A stretch of 64,000 bases of DNA from Lama glama. Its lineage: Eukaryota. Positions 25,201-37,300 of this stretch are shown here, piece by piece (within the stretch, counting starts at the first letter, position 1; the number at the start of each line of letters is the position of its first letter). The stretch spans positions 25,482,001-25,546,000 of the forward strand of contig CM052850.1 of NCBI GenBank assembly GCA_028534125.1, written 5' to 3'. Position numbers and translations under genes: made by a program. The notes under the pieces are model-generated. The model was given only the letters and a program-made list of their open reading frames with translations. It was not told the DNA's origin and searched no databases.

Positions 25201-25619
25201 GACTCAGGCCGGGGTTTCCTTCTCACGGCGAGGGTGTGGGTGCAGTGGGCCCGGACAGCCCAGGTCTCTGTGCTGCCGGGAGCCCGTGTTCAGAGTTCAT
25301 GTTTGCTTGCTTCCCATGCTTTGGAAGAGGACAGGGAGAAACCTGTCTCCGAGTTCCCAGGGACACCAGGGGGTCCCGGAATCACTCACACGCTCGTGGC
25401 TGCCTGTCGAGCACCTTTGGTAAACCCGCCTCTGTCTCTGGCCCTGGGGCTACAGGGCAGACAAAGCGGGCAAACCCCACCGCCAGACACCTGCACTGGA
25501 GGAAGGCAGACGGCACACAGAACTAGTGTAAAACACTCAACAGTCTACCCGGTGCCAAGTGAGACGGAGAAAAGGCCAGTAAGGCAGTGAAAGAAAGGCA
25601 GGGGTTTGCGGGGGGGCGG

Positions 25620-25800
25620 GGATGCAGTCCTGAAGGCCTCAGTGAGAAGGTGACGTTTGAGCAAAGGCATGGAGAAGGCAAAAGGGAAGAGCTTTCTAGC
25701 AAGAGACACAGCCAGTGCAAAGGCCTTGAGGCAGGGTCCGGCCTGATGGCTGGAGGGCAGCAGAGGCCACGCAGCTGGAACAGAAGCAATAAGCAGAGAT
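25620..25800 (-). mobile_element. L2 fragment
   Basis: GAAGGCCTCAGTGAGAAGGTGACGTTTGAGCAAAG...CAGCCAGTGCAAAGGCCTTGAGGCAGG. Confidence 0.65.
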
Positions 25801-26204
25801 GTGGGAGGTGGAGCCTGCAGATGGGGACACTCCTGCTTCTGCCCGGGGCTGGGGACCCCTGCAGAAGCCCGCCGCGAGGGGCCAGGGCTCTGGGGCCGTT
25901 GTCTGGATGGCGTAGAGACACAGCAGGGCTCTTGGCCAGTCTGCGCCTCGATGGAAGTCAAAGGTCTGGGCAGCTTCTGCTCAGAGGGGGCAGGATCCTC
26001 GGTGGCCCCTGGGCTTGGCAGGCCCAGGGTAGTAAAGCCAGTGAGACTGACAGGCCAGGGGGCTGTGGGCACTAACCACACTCAGGTGGAGCGAAGTGCC
26101 CACATGGGGCCCACCCCTGTGCCCGGCAGTGCGGGAGGACAGTCCCCAAGCACCTTGTGACAGGGCTGCACTCTGCACCCAACATCTCGTTCCCGACTGA
26201 ACAC

Positions 26205-26600
26205 AGCATCGTTGAAATATGATTCACAGCACAGCACAGCACCCCCGCATCTCTGGCCTTCTGTATGTTCACAGGGGACCTGTGACCCGTCACCACATCA
26301 ATCTTGGAACACCTTAATCACCCCGAAACAGAACCCCAGAGAAAAGGGGCCCCACAGAATAGTCCCTGGTGGTCGTTGCCCCAGCCTCCCCTCCTGCCCT
26401 AACCCCACCGCCGGCCCCGCAGATCTGCCTGTTCTGGTCATCTCCCGAAACGCAGTCGCTTTGTACGTGGACCCCTGTGCCGGCTTCTCTCGCTCAGCAT
26501 GGCGTCTTCAATGTCCAGCCCTGCTGTAGCAGGTGTCAGAGTGTCAGTCCTTCTCGTCACTGAGTCCACCACGTGGTCTCATCAGTTCTTGATGGACACA
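26205..26600 (-). mobile_element. Degraded L1M 3' fragment
   Basis: GTTGAAATATGATTCACA...CACCACATCAATCTTGGAACACC...TTCTCTCGCTCAGCAT. Confidence 0.55.
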
Positions 26601-26794
26601 GGTCACATACGCATGTGGGACAAAATGCTGAGAGGCCACACCCCCAGACCCCGGCCCAAAGGCCAGGGTGGGCCAGATGCCCTCTGAGGCTCCCTGGCTT
26701 CTCAGAACCACACTTAGGTCTACTCTGTTGACGAAGAAAGACAATAATAAGTGACCTTCCCGAAGCCACGTAATTGGACGGCGGCAGAACCCAG

Positions 26795-26908
26795 ATGCCC
26801 CGGGAGGTCTGCCCCATCCCACAGAGCTGGACACCACGGGGATGACTCAATGCCCCGGGAGGTCTGCCCCATCCCACAGAGCTGGACACCACGGGGATGA
26901 CTCAATGC
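26795..26908. repeat. Perfect 55-bp tandem duplication in CA5A intron 5
   Basis: ATGCCCCGGGAGGTCTGCCCCATCCCACAGAGCTGGACACCACGGGGATGACTCA starts at 26795 and 26850, followed by a partial ATGC. Confidence 0.97.
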
Positions 26909-28043
26909 TGGAGATCTTAAAAGTCAACCCAGTATTGGGGGGCTGTGGGACTGTGACAAGTGGCTCAAGCCATCACCCTCCTACCACAAGGCAGAATCCT
27001 GCCTCTGAGGCAGGACTCTCCTCTCTTAAGATTCTAACTCTTATTTTTCAGGCGAGGAAACTGAGGCCCAGGGATGAGCGTTAGGGCCGGAATTGGGCCC
27101 AGGCAGCTTCCCCGGCTCTCCCGCTGACTCCTGCAGAGGCAAGCAGACCCCTGAGCAGTCAGCACCCCAGCAGCTCTGTTCTTTCCCACCAAGAGGTGGA
27201 GACCACACCAGTGGGAGGTGGATGCGGGAGGGGAACCTCCAGGTTTACTCTGGCCATGGACCAGTGAGAAAGCGGATGCTCCCAGCACCGCGACCTTGCT
27301 AAGTTCCTGAGCTGGCAGACGGGGCAGCAGGGGGCCACCTGGTCTGGTTCCAGGAGGCCGGCCGGAGGTTGACACCTCACAGATCAAACAGCCCCTTGAA
27401 GTGCCGAGGAAGGGCTGGCCCCCTGCTTCCATCTGGAGCCCCTCTCGCCATTGTTAGGACAGGTCGGAGCCCTTTCCGCCCCCACATCCAAGGACCGCAC
27501 GGTGACCCCTTCCCTCCCGGAATCCTTCTGTTTGGTACTAAACAAATAAATGCAGTTTTCAGGAATTTCCATTTCTCCGTCAAAGTCCTTTCCCAGCTGA
27601 TACTGGAGAAAAGTGCCTTTGTTGGCCTTGCTAATGGGGGGTGGGGTGGGCAGGGTGCCTGTGGGACCTCACCCCCAGCCCCGCCTCCCCGTGCTCCTGG
27701 GACGGGGCCCATGCTAGCGGGCCAGGTGGCCCCTGGGCAAACACTCTCCAACTGTGTGAATAGGTGGGAACTGACTTCAGTTGGTTTTAAAACAAACGTC
27801 ATCACTGGTGGCTGCTGTTGTCTGAGAGAAGGCTGAAGTTTTTTTTAAAGTGGATCAATTTCATGAAAATACTAAGTAACTAATAGTTGCCCTGGCGAGT
27901 GCACACGGCAAACACCTTCGAGATGCTGCCTGAGTAAATTTTGGGAACCTGCTACTATACATTTTTTGTTTCCTTGCAAAGGAGTCCCGGCTCTAAACAA
28001 TATTGCTTCTCCAGTTAAGCTGATTCCAAAGTCCAGAGCTCAC

Positions 28044-28106
28044 CTTGTGCTTTATGCCGGGCAAGACTCTCACCAGCTCCTGCAGCGCCTGGTGGTGGGC
28101 CCCCAG
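28044..28106 (-). CDS. CA5A: CA5A exon 5 (63 nt)
   Basis: [21 protein letters not shown]. Acceptor GAGCAG, donor GTGAGC, phase 0-0. Confidence 0.95.
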
Positions 28107-28197
28107 CTGCTCGTGTGAAAGGGCGACAGGCACATGTCATTCTCAGTGGACTGTGTTTAAAAAGGGCAGCTCTCCTAATGAGCCCCAGCAAGCTTAC

Positions 28198-28293
28198 CTG
28201 CAAAAACACGCCCAGCACAGCCAGGCCGTCCTCTCCTGTCACGGCTTCCTGGTAGTTCTGGTATCGCACCGCGTTCCAGTGAACCAGATGCAG
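28198..28293 (-). CDS. CA5A: CA5A exon 4 (96 nt)
   Basis: [32 protein letters not shown], with the third Zn ligand H160. Acceptor TTCCAG, donor GTAAGC. Confidence 0.97.
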
Positions 28294-28579
28294 CTGGAAC
28301 ACAGAGGGAGAATTCACACCGCTCGATGCAGCGAGACGTTCCGCGGCCGCCCCTCCTCCGGTGCGGCTGGTCTGTGCCCCTTTGATGATTTTAATGATTT
28401 TAATAAATTTGGGGCGGCCGGCCGGCTTGCAGCCAAATGCTTCAGCAAACCACTGAGAGCAGGGGCTCAGCGTTTCCAGTGGGGTTGGGGGGGGCGGGGG
28501 GAGAAGGGAGGCCCGCTTTAACTTCAGAAAACAGAAGTGCGTGCAGGGATGGCTGGCTACCTCTCAGATATCCTAGAAC

Positions 28580-28650
28580 GAGGGTTGCCAGATCAAACAC
28601 AGGCCTCTGTGAAATTTGAGTTTCACATAATCAATGAGGAAATTTTAATG
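28580..28650 (+). mobile_element. hAT DNA transposon end (MER53-like)
   Basis: AGGGTTGCCAGATCAAACACAGG...GAAATTTGAGTTTCACATAATCAATGA. Confidence 0.5.
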
Positions 28651-29449
28651 AAAGTCTGCCCCCCGCCATAGCATTCATCCTGCCTCAGTCCTCCCCCTCC
28701 CCTGGACCTCACCTCTTTCCCCCCGCACCCTCCACAGTTTCCTAAACCAGACTCGGCATCAGGACTGGCCTGACCACAGGGATTTAAATCAGGGGCGAGG
28801 AGCCAGGCTGCCGGCGAGGAGGGCGGCAGAGCTGGACACCGGGTTCTGTGTGATGCAAGCACGTGGCTGCAGGTGCGGAGTCGGGCTCAGAGCGGAGAAC
28901 GGGCCTGGGCGTCCGTTCATCTCTCTGGCTACAGTGTGAATGGTGGTGGAGGCCTGTCTGAATGGTGACCCAGGCCCCGAGTCCACGAGGACTCGGCCAG
29001 AAGGGCCCCAGGCCTCCCCCAGCAGCTGCTGGATCCCAGGGCCTAGGGGCTCTGCTGGGGTGCGCGGTCCACTTGGCTCCAGGTGGCCTCTTGCTCCCAA
29101 CAAGCCCCAGTGTTCCTGGCCAGGTGCACTGGGACACTGCAGGTGGCCCGGGCTCTCCCTGGCCTCCCACAGCCCACCTGGAACCCCCACCAGCTTCCAG
29201 AAATAAGGCCGGCTGGGCCCTAAGCCCCAACTCCCTCCCTCACGGACCCACCTCTGGAGCTGGCTTTGCCTTGCAAACCCCACAGGAATGACTTATTCCA
29301 ACATCACAGGCCAGAGGCATGGCCAGGGAGGCCCCGCAGCCCCTTCTCAGCCTGCATCGGGGACAGCCCCTGGTGTGTCCCAAGCTGACCCTGCACCAGT
29401 GCTGATAGACTGCAGTCACCTCCTCAGTCGACACATCTGCTCATGAAAA

Positions 29450-29540
29450 ACCAGGTACAGGCGCGCAGCGACCACGACCAACCAGAGTACCGGCACGCAG
29501 CAACCACGACCAGGTACAGGCGCGCAGCGACCACGACCAG
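29450..29540. repeat. CpG-rich minisatellite, ~27-bp unit x3, in CA5A intron 3
   Basis: ACCAGGTACAGGCGCGCAGCGACCACG is identical at 29450 and 29509, with a diverged copy at 29481. Confidence 0.92.
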
Positions 29541-30189
29541 AGGCCTGCGGCTCACTGAAGGTGAGTATGTTGCAAGCCAAAATGAGGTTTCTTCATTTTT
29601 GTCATCTTTGTAAAAATGCGTGCAATTACAATAACAGATGTAATTCCCTGATTATGGACTGTCCCCAGAGGCCACCTCTGGCTGTGTGATGACAGTGATG
29701 TTCACTTCTTGGTTTGACTGGATTCTGGTCCTGTTTTAACCATAGTATTACCTCCACACAGCAGCGACACAAACAGTCCAGAACTTGAAATGCATTAAAA
29801 AGTGGGCAGCTGGTGGGTGGACAGAAGTGAAATAAAGTGAATACGGCAGAATGCTAACCATTGGATCCAGGTGGCACACGCAAGGGTTCTCAGTGTATAG
29901 TTCTTCCCATTTTTTCTGTATGCTGGAAAAATTTCATAATAAAATACTGGGAGGCATCTGTAAGGCACCACTCATCACCCCAGTGACTACAACTCAAGCT
30001 CCTGACCTCGATCCCTACTCATTTCCTTTCCTGACTCTCATTTTGGGATGTTGCAAATAACACTTTGTTTTAAGAAGATAATTTCTATTGGAAAGGTTTT
30101 CTATTCTCAATAGAGGGCCTCAAAGGGCAAGAAGCTGCTAGTCCGCAATTGGCCAGCAAGCACGCAGCTGAGTGAGCGCTGAGAGCAGA

Positions 30190-30365
30190 CTGCTCTTGAA
30201 TCCCAGCTGTCTGATTCTGGCAAGTTACAATACCACTCAGAACCTCAGTCTCTTCTTCAGTTCAGGGAAAGTGTTAACAGTACCCTCCCTTTAGGACAGT
30301 CATGAGGTCTAATGGGCAAGGAGGCCAATTGCTCTGGTGTGAGCACTGAGGGTCCCACGTGCCAG
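30190..30365 (+). mobile_element. MIR fragment
   Basis: TTGAATCCCAGCT...GGCAAGTTAC...CTCAGAACCTCAGTCTCTTC...AACAGTACCCTCC. Confidence 0.6.
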
Positions 30366-30467
30366 GAAACCTCTCCTTTCTGAGCAACCAGGAGGCTTGA
30401 TCACTTGACCATAGAGCCTGACGCGTGGGAAGCGCCACATGCCGGCTGCTAGGATGATGCTGCGAAC

Positions 30468-30586
30468 CTCGGCGGGGTACACGTGGCCGTCCACCGCGTG
30501 CTCTGAGCCCCACTCGTTCACTGCTCCCCAGTGGAAGTGGAACTGCTTTAGTCTGTAGAGATTTTCCAGGGGGCCGCCGCTCACTC
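30468..30586 (-). CDS. CA5A: CA5A exon 3 (119 nt)
   Basis: [40 protein letters not shown], with Zn-ligand histidines H135/H137 and the GSEH motif. Acceptor TTGCAG, donor GTTCGC. Confidence 0.97.
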
Positions 30587-31758
30587 CTGCAATGTGAAAC
30601 AGTGGGAGCTGTGTGTTAGTCTCTTTGTTGACCTGCAGTGGTGCTGTGACACTTACACTGAGGTCGCATGATTTCTCTCTCAAGAGACTGCTGTCCTGCT
30701 GAAATGACAAACTGACAGGGGGGACCTCAACTGTCCCCATCACCTGGCCCCGAGGGCCCCCAGCTGCTCACAGTGAACACCTGAGCCGTGCAGGCGCCCG
30801 TGCTGCCACTGGTGGTGGTAGGGCTCCAACCCCCCTGGGTGGCAACAAGGCAAAGAAAACCACTTCTGAGCGGCATGCCAGGGCTGTCGGATTTCCAGAC
30901 TTTCCTTTAATTAAAAAAAAAATTATAAAGATGGCTTTTGAATGACAGAATATCAGATTAAACCACAGCACCAAATAATTTCATTAGCAGATATGTAATG
31001 AGCAAGATGTTTAAAGAAACGAATTCTGAGATACAGTCAGTCCAGTCTCACTATAGGGCCGCTTTGATTGGAACTGTCCTTTCTAAGTCGCCCCGAATCC
31101 CCAGAGAGGCTTCCCCAGGAGCTGTTAGCATGACGCTCAGGCTCAGCCCTAAGGATGTGTCATGGGGAACTCTGGCTCTGAACTGGGGTGTGGTGGGCCC
31201 CGTCCCCACAGGCCCAAGGCCAGGGCTGGGAGTCTGCATCTGAACGAGCTCCCAGGGGCTCTGATGTGAGGGGGCCCTCCTCAGCTGCACTTTGCTAACA
31301 GATTTCCACCACCAAGTGCTACAAATACAGCGGTAATGGCCGGACATCTTGCTTGTGATTGAGGTGAGCGTGGTGTGACAGTGGGGTGGCTGGGACAGCT
31401 CGGGAAGACACCGGCAGAACGAAGGTGTGAGGTCCTGGGGCAGCAGCTCCTTGACGCGGCAAAAGCAGGGAAGACATGTCAGCTGTGAAGGAGGCTGCTG
31501 AGAGTGTCCAGAACGCCTGGCTGGCAGAGTCCTCTGTTTGGTTTTCGCCATTAAAGGCGCTGGCAGCAGAGGGCATTGAAGCATAAAACAGAAAACAGAT
31601 CCAGTTCGTGATTCCACCCCCGATCAAGTCCTGAATCCTGTCTGTCTTCACTCGAAAGGGAGTGTGTTGGCCTAGCATGTCAGCACAGCCACCTCGTCAT
31701 GAGGTGTATGGCTTTGTTCTCCTGACACATTACATCTCAATTTAAAAACACACACAGA

Positions 31759-31881
31759 GGGAGGCGGGTCTAGGTCAGTGATAGAACGCGTGCTTAGCAT
31801 GCACAAGTCCTGGGCTCAATCCCCAGTGCCTCCGCTAAAAAATTACTAAGTAGGTAAATAAACCTAATCACCCCCTCCCCC
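31759..31881 (+). mobile_element. tRNA-Ala-derived SINE, camelid Vic-1 type
   Basis: tRNA-like head (TAGGTCAGTGATAGAACGCGTGCTTAGCATGCACAAGTCCTGGGCTCAATCCCCAG), A-rich linker, then CCTAATCACCCCCTCCCC. Target-site duplication AAAACACACACAG (31745-31757) / AAAACATACACAG (31882-31894). Confidence 0.88.
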
Positions 31882-34245
31882 AAAACATACACAGGAGTAT
31901 CTTCCCCCAGCCAGTATATAAAGCACAGTAGATCCAGGAGCCTGGGCCCACCGGCCAGCAGCACAGAGAGCCTCCCTACTGGGTTCAAACTGCAGGACTT
32001 CACTGGAGATTCTCTGAGGCTGAAAATACAGGGGGTGAGTTTTCCCTTCGAGGGGTGAGGATGCTGCAGCCAGCTGGCCTTTGTAGCTTTGAGCTGTTTT
32101 TTAATTCATTAGGAGAGGTTACGAGGATGCTGGTAATCCCGGTCACGGGAGCTAGGATTCGAACCCAGGTTCAACGCCCAAACCCGTGCCTTTTCCACTG
32201 TGTCCTTCAAAGGACAAAACAGCATCTAAGGAAGAGACACAACCTCCAAACGCAGGCAGTGGTTTGGTGGTCCCACTCTTCTGCCTGTGGGAAGCGAGTC
32301 TGCAGCCCCAGCCAGCAGGCGCCACGTGCCGCTAAGATGCACGGATGAGCCCATTGCTGTGTGACCTTGAGCACATTGGTCAGCCTCTGGGAGCCTCAGG
32401 CTGCCCAGCGGGGGAATGAGGCGGGCTGGCAGGATGAACTGAGATCATGACCCCATGCTGTGCAGTCAGACAGCAGCAAGGCCAACCGCTGATGCTGGGG
32501 CCCCACGTCACGTAACCTGGCACCTGTTAAAGAAGAGAGGGCTCCCTCCGGCTCAAGCATCTTGGGACTCTGCATGGACACCACATAAGGCCTTCAGAAA
32601 TAGCGACACCAACTGCCCGGGGCACAAACCCACCACTGGCTGCAAGTCAGCCAAACCCCACCAAAAATAGCCTCCTGGAAAAACCACTCCCCACTGTTGC
32701 CAACAACAGAGAGAACAGGGAATGGGGCGCTGCTGGGATGGGAGGGGACTGGGCACATGAGCATCGCTCCCTCCTCTGGCAGGTGAAGAGCTGCAGGGTT
32801 CCAAAGGCTTTCCCAAGGTCACTCTCCAGGCAGGACTGGAGTCTAGGGACCAGGGCTCCACGCTCTCCCCACATCCAGCTCCCCCCAGAATTCTCCGTGA
32901 AAGCAGCCTCCCTGCATCCCCCCACCCCACCCCACCCCCGTCTGCTTCCTAAAGAGAGCAGCCCGCCCGTCCACCGTCCACCCGTTTAAGGAAGAGAATG
33001 TGGATGGAGCGCTGGCTTTGGAATCCAGGTCCTCCGCCTGCCAGGAAGAATGTTCCTCTCAGTGGGGCTGCTCCTCCCCACCTTCTAGCCGACATCTGGT
33101 CATTTGTAAGTGAACGGCAGCAGCCACCCTGGGCTGGGACCTAGCAAACTCATAACAACCCCTCAAAGGCTGCTGCCCCTGGATCCTCTGGGACCTGCAA
33201 ACGCAGATGAGGAGAAGAGCACGGAGGTGAGCGGCAGCAGAGCCCACAAGCCCCGGCGGGGCTGCAGCAGCTCCCCTGGCGGGGCGGGTGCACCCGGAAT
33301 CGGGCATTCTGGTGCCCGTGAGCACCACTCCTTGAAACGCATTTCAGGAGAAGAGAAAGAGCGCAAGAAGCCGGCGGGGACTGACGCAATGGGAGCTCCT
33401 TGTACAAACATACACAGCTGTTGATTTAAACACCACCAGCCTCTTTGAAGTCTGGAACAGAAGACTCTCTAGAACAGTGTCTCTAAAATCAGATGGACCG
33501 GCAGAGACAGTCACCAGCCAGTGTCATTATTTAAAAACCGGAGAACAGTGTCTTACCGCCCTTTCTGTAGGTGGTCAGGGGTGTGCTCGGGGTCAGGGGT
33601 GGCACCGTCGCCTCCAAACGCAGTGATTGCAGTCCAATTACTGAACTGCTCCCAGTCTCAGTCTCCCTGCCGGTTAAATGGGGTGGATCCTAGTGCCTGA
33701 TTGACAAGGACATTGCAAGGATTAAGGACAAAGTCCTTAGCAGAGTGTCTGGTATTCAGGGTGCACCCAAAGGACAAAAAGCCAGCAGCCATGGCCTGTC
33801 TCTGCTGTGGGATGAAGGGACAGACAAAGGAGTAAAGGGTCTTGCCTGATGGTCAGCATGAGCTGTGGAGGCTCCTAGCTGACAAGCCAGCGTTCGCTGA
33901 ATGCCTGCTACACTGGGCGTCATGCAAAGCACCCTGCCTTCCCCAGGGACCGCTCCTCACAGCAACCCTTCCAGCACTCACTGTCATCCCACTTTTGAGA
34001 TGGGGAGACTGAGACTTAGAAGAGTTAAGTCACCTGTCCCGGGTCACCCAGTGCCCCCTACCCAGGCCTGCTCGAAGGTCCAGCCCCTTAGCTTTCATGG
34101 CAGGATTCAAGCTAAACTTTTGGCTTTTCCTGCCCCAAAAGTTAAGAGCCCAGTTTAAGGCTGCAGCTCTGAATAAAATCATCTCAAAGTGACTTTCTAT
34201 AATGAGAAGGTGGTGTCAGGGTAATTCCCTTCAATAAAACAGGTT

Positions 34246-34378
34246 GGGGGTGGGTAAGCTCAGTGTTAGAGCATGTGCTTAGCATGCACGAGGTCCTAGG
34301 ATCAATCCCCAGTACCTCCATTAAAAGAAAAACAAAACACCTAATTACCTCCCCCCTCCAAAATAAAATAAAATAAAA
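34246..34378 (+). mobile_element. tRNA-Ala-derived SINE, camelid Vic-1 type
   Basis: AGCTCAGTGTTAGAGCATGTGCTTAGCATGCACGAGGTCCTAGGATCAATCCCCAGTACCTCCA...CCTAATTACCTCCCCCC with an (AAAAT)n tail. Target-site duplication TAAAACAGGTT / TAAAGCAGGTT. Confidence 0.9.
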
Positions 34379-37300
34379 GTAAAGCAGGTTAAAAAGATAA
34401 GCTCAATCTGTGAAAAGGGGGTCTTTAGCTTGTCAGCCCCAGACGCCTCCGCCAGCGGGGTGTTCACGGACCGTCGCCCCGGCACCGTGAACCCCAAGGT
34501 CTCCATGGCGGCTGCATCGAGACGTAACAGGGGAGTTGGTCCCTGAGGATGGACAGCATCGGAGGCCGACTCCAAGCCCAGACCCCACGGTCCCTGTTCT
34601 CACCACAGAGCTGATGACGGCCGTCTATTTGCAGTTTGGGGCTGTCACCAAGATGAGCCAGCTGTCGGCAGGCACGGCTGTTTTAAGGCTTAAAATAAGC
34701 ACAAGAGCAGTTGGAGATGTTGTAATGAATCAAACCGGCAAATAACACGGCACGCTGAGCACCCGCCTGTTCTCAGGACTCTGTGGGATTCAGCTCACGT
34801 TCTGACACCCTCCGCACCAGGGCGAAGGCTCTCCGTGTGTTCTCTGCATCAGGAGGGTCTTTGTCACTCTGAGAAGGCAGGCGGCCAGCGTGCTCTCAGG
34901 GCCTGAGGGGCACAGCCTCACCCCCAGGACTCTGAAGGCCAGAAACAAGTGAGGGCAGGCTGCTCTGGGGGAGCTGAACTCTGGGGCCATCACTGGTTGG
35001 CTCTGGGTTTGAAGCCAGGCCATGTGGCCGGAGAATGGGCGATGGGAGTGCAGCTGGGGACGGAGGGGCCAGTGACCTTAGCCTGGCTGGTGCTGGGGGC
35101 CGGGAGGGACTGACATGGCTTCCTGGGCTGTCGAGGGAAGAGCGCTTTCCTAGGTGGGGATTATCCTTTCACGGACTGGGCGAGGGGACAGGCTCAGAGA
35201 ACCACACCTCACCAACATCCAAAATAACACCTTCCCCCAAACATACTCACACCCAGAACTTAAGGGAAGAAATAGCGAACAAGGAATGGAGGTAGAAAAC
35301 ATACAGTTGTAGGAGCCGTATTGCCAGTTTACAAATTTGCAGTGAAAAGTAACTGCCCAGGATAAAAATGTGACAATCGTGTCCCTTCTTCCTGGTCAAG
35401 GTGTCTTCTCTGGACCCAGTAGCCACAGTCGCCTTCCTGAGCACAGGGTTCCCTTCCTAGAACCTGTCTTCCCCCGTGCAAGTCTGGGAACCACCAGCTC
35501 ACGCCCACCTCAGGCCCCTCACCTGACCCGGCCAGAGAGAAGGATCTCCTGGGACCTGGGTCCCGCATGGGTGCAAAGCAGTTCCTGACCTGGCTCCAGG
35601 GCCCACCTTCAGCCTGCCTTTCCAGCAGGGACCCTCCAAATTCTTCTGGGCATCTCCCTTTTGGCCTGTGTGCTGGAGACAGGTGTTTTGGCCAAAGATC
35701 CCCGACTGATGGAAGAGAATCTGTGAGCTTTGTGAACTCCAAAGCCACACCGGTCTGCGAGCATGCGTCCCCTCCAGGAGCAGACACTGGAGAACGGTGC
35801 TCAGGGACTCGGGCGCAGGACCTGCCCTGCTGGCACTGGGACTCATTGTCAGTGGTCATTTAGATGATCAAAGGCCATGACTGGCTTCACTTCACACGTG
35901 GCTTACAATTCACTTTGGTGCTGGAAGGAGCCATAGCCAGGGCCTGTTAGCATCCCTGCGAGAGTGACCCTTCAGGAAGGCTGCTCACCAGTTGCCATGG
36001 GGCCCCCAGGCTTGCAGTTTCCACTTTACCTCCTGCAGCTGATGGACAGGATCACGCAAACAGAGTCCTCTGTGGTCAGAAAGCGAGAGGCCTGGCCAGT
36101 GCCGCCTCCGTGCCGTCTCCGTACTCCCTCTGGCGGGACCCGGGAGCAGAGCACAGCCCTGCCGCGTTTTGACCATCTCACTGACGGAACTGGATTGAAT
36201 GCTCACTCCTCCCACTGCACACGGGCCTGTTCCACTCCTCCCACTGAGTGGGTATCAGATTTCAGCTTATAGAAGAGGAGACTGAGGGTCAGAGAGGTCA
36301 GCAGACACGCTCACGCCACGCGGCTCCAGAGCTGAGCCCTGACCACCACGCTGTGCTCCCTGTTCCCTGAGCCCTTCAGGAGGAAGATGAGCTGCCCCCA
36401 ACGGAGGAGGGTCCTTCCATCTGCTGGGCTACTGACTCCACACGGCCAAGTGGGTGGGAGGGGGTCAACTGGGCATCTGAGCTCACAGGACTCAGCCCTA
36501 CGGTGTTGGCTTCTTTGCTTTTCTGTGGATGGCAGGGAGTGGGATTTAGAAACAGCCTGCAGTTCGAATACTGGATATGGAGGTCCTCTTCCCGGACATG
36601 GGGATATTTACCCACCTCTGGGGGTTACCGTGAGAATTCAGTGCCCTGAAATGTGGACCCTGATTCGCACACTTATTTGCCCCGTATGGACACTCAGAGC
36701 ACCTGGCAGCAGCGATGACCATCACTACTGGTAGTAGTTTAGGACCTGACTTCGAGAACACAGGCGTCTCCTCAAGAAGCAGCGGGATCCATCTGTGGCC
36801 TTTGGCCCTTGACCTTCCATCCTGCTTTCTGCACCTGCGCTGCCCACGTGGTGGAAGGAGCGGCACCACCCCTCCAGGACAAGGATACCCGCGTGCTGGG
36901 GCGAGGGGGCCTCACCAGTGAGGGGTCCGTGGAGCACGACCACGGGTCCGTGTGGGGCTGGTGCTGTCTTCCTTTCCGCCTCCTCCCCTCCTGCAAGCGT
37001 CTCCCCCCAGCCCTTCCTCTGGCGGTCAGCCCTCACATTCCTTGAGAAGAGCTGCCACCTCCACCTCTGATGTTCATCATCTCTGCCTGGCTTCAATGTC
37101 CCAGTACTCCTGTCCCTCCCGCTGGAAACACTGGACAGATGCGGACGGGAATGCCCTCGGTCCCCAGCTCTGGTTCCCTCCGAGTTCCTGGTGCTCACCT
37201 GTCGGCACGACCTGACCAGAGGGACCACATTCTGTGCAAAATGACATCTGCCCCATCTGCCTTCTCCACTCATATCCTTTCTGCTCCTGGGGCTCTTCCT

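Noticed and set aside
26795-29540. Short direct repeats as a CRISPR-like array
   Set aside because: The repeats are head-to-tail with no unique spacers, in mammalian introns, with no cas genes.
31759-34330. Two tRNA-Ala-like sequences as tRNA genes
   Set aside because: They have degenerate A/B boxes and stems, SINE tails and TSDs, so they are retroposed SINEs.
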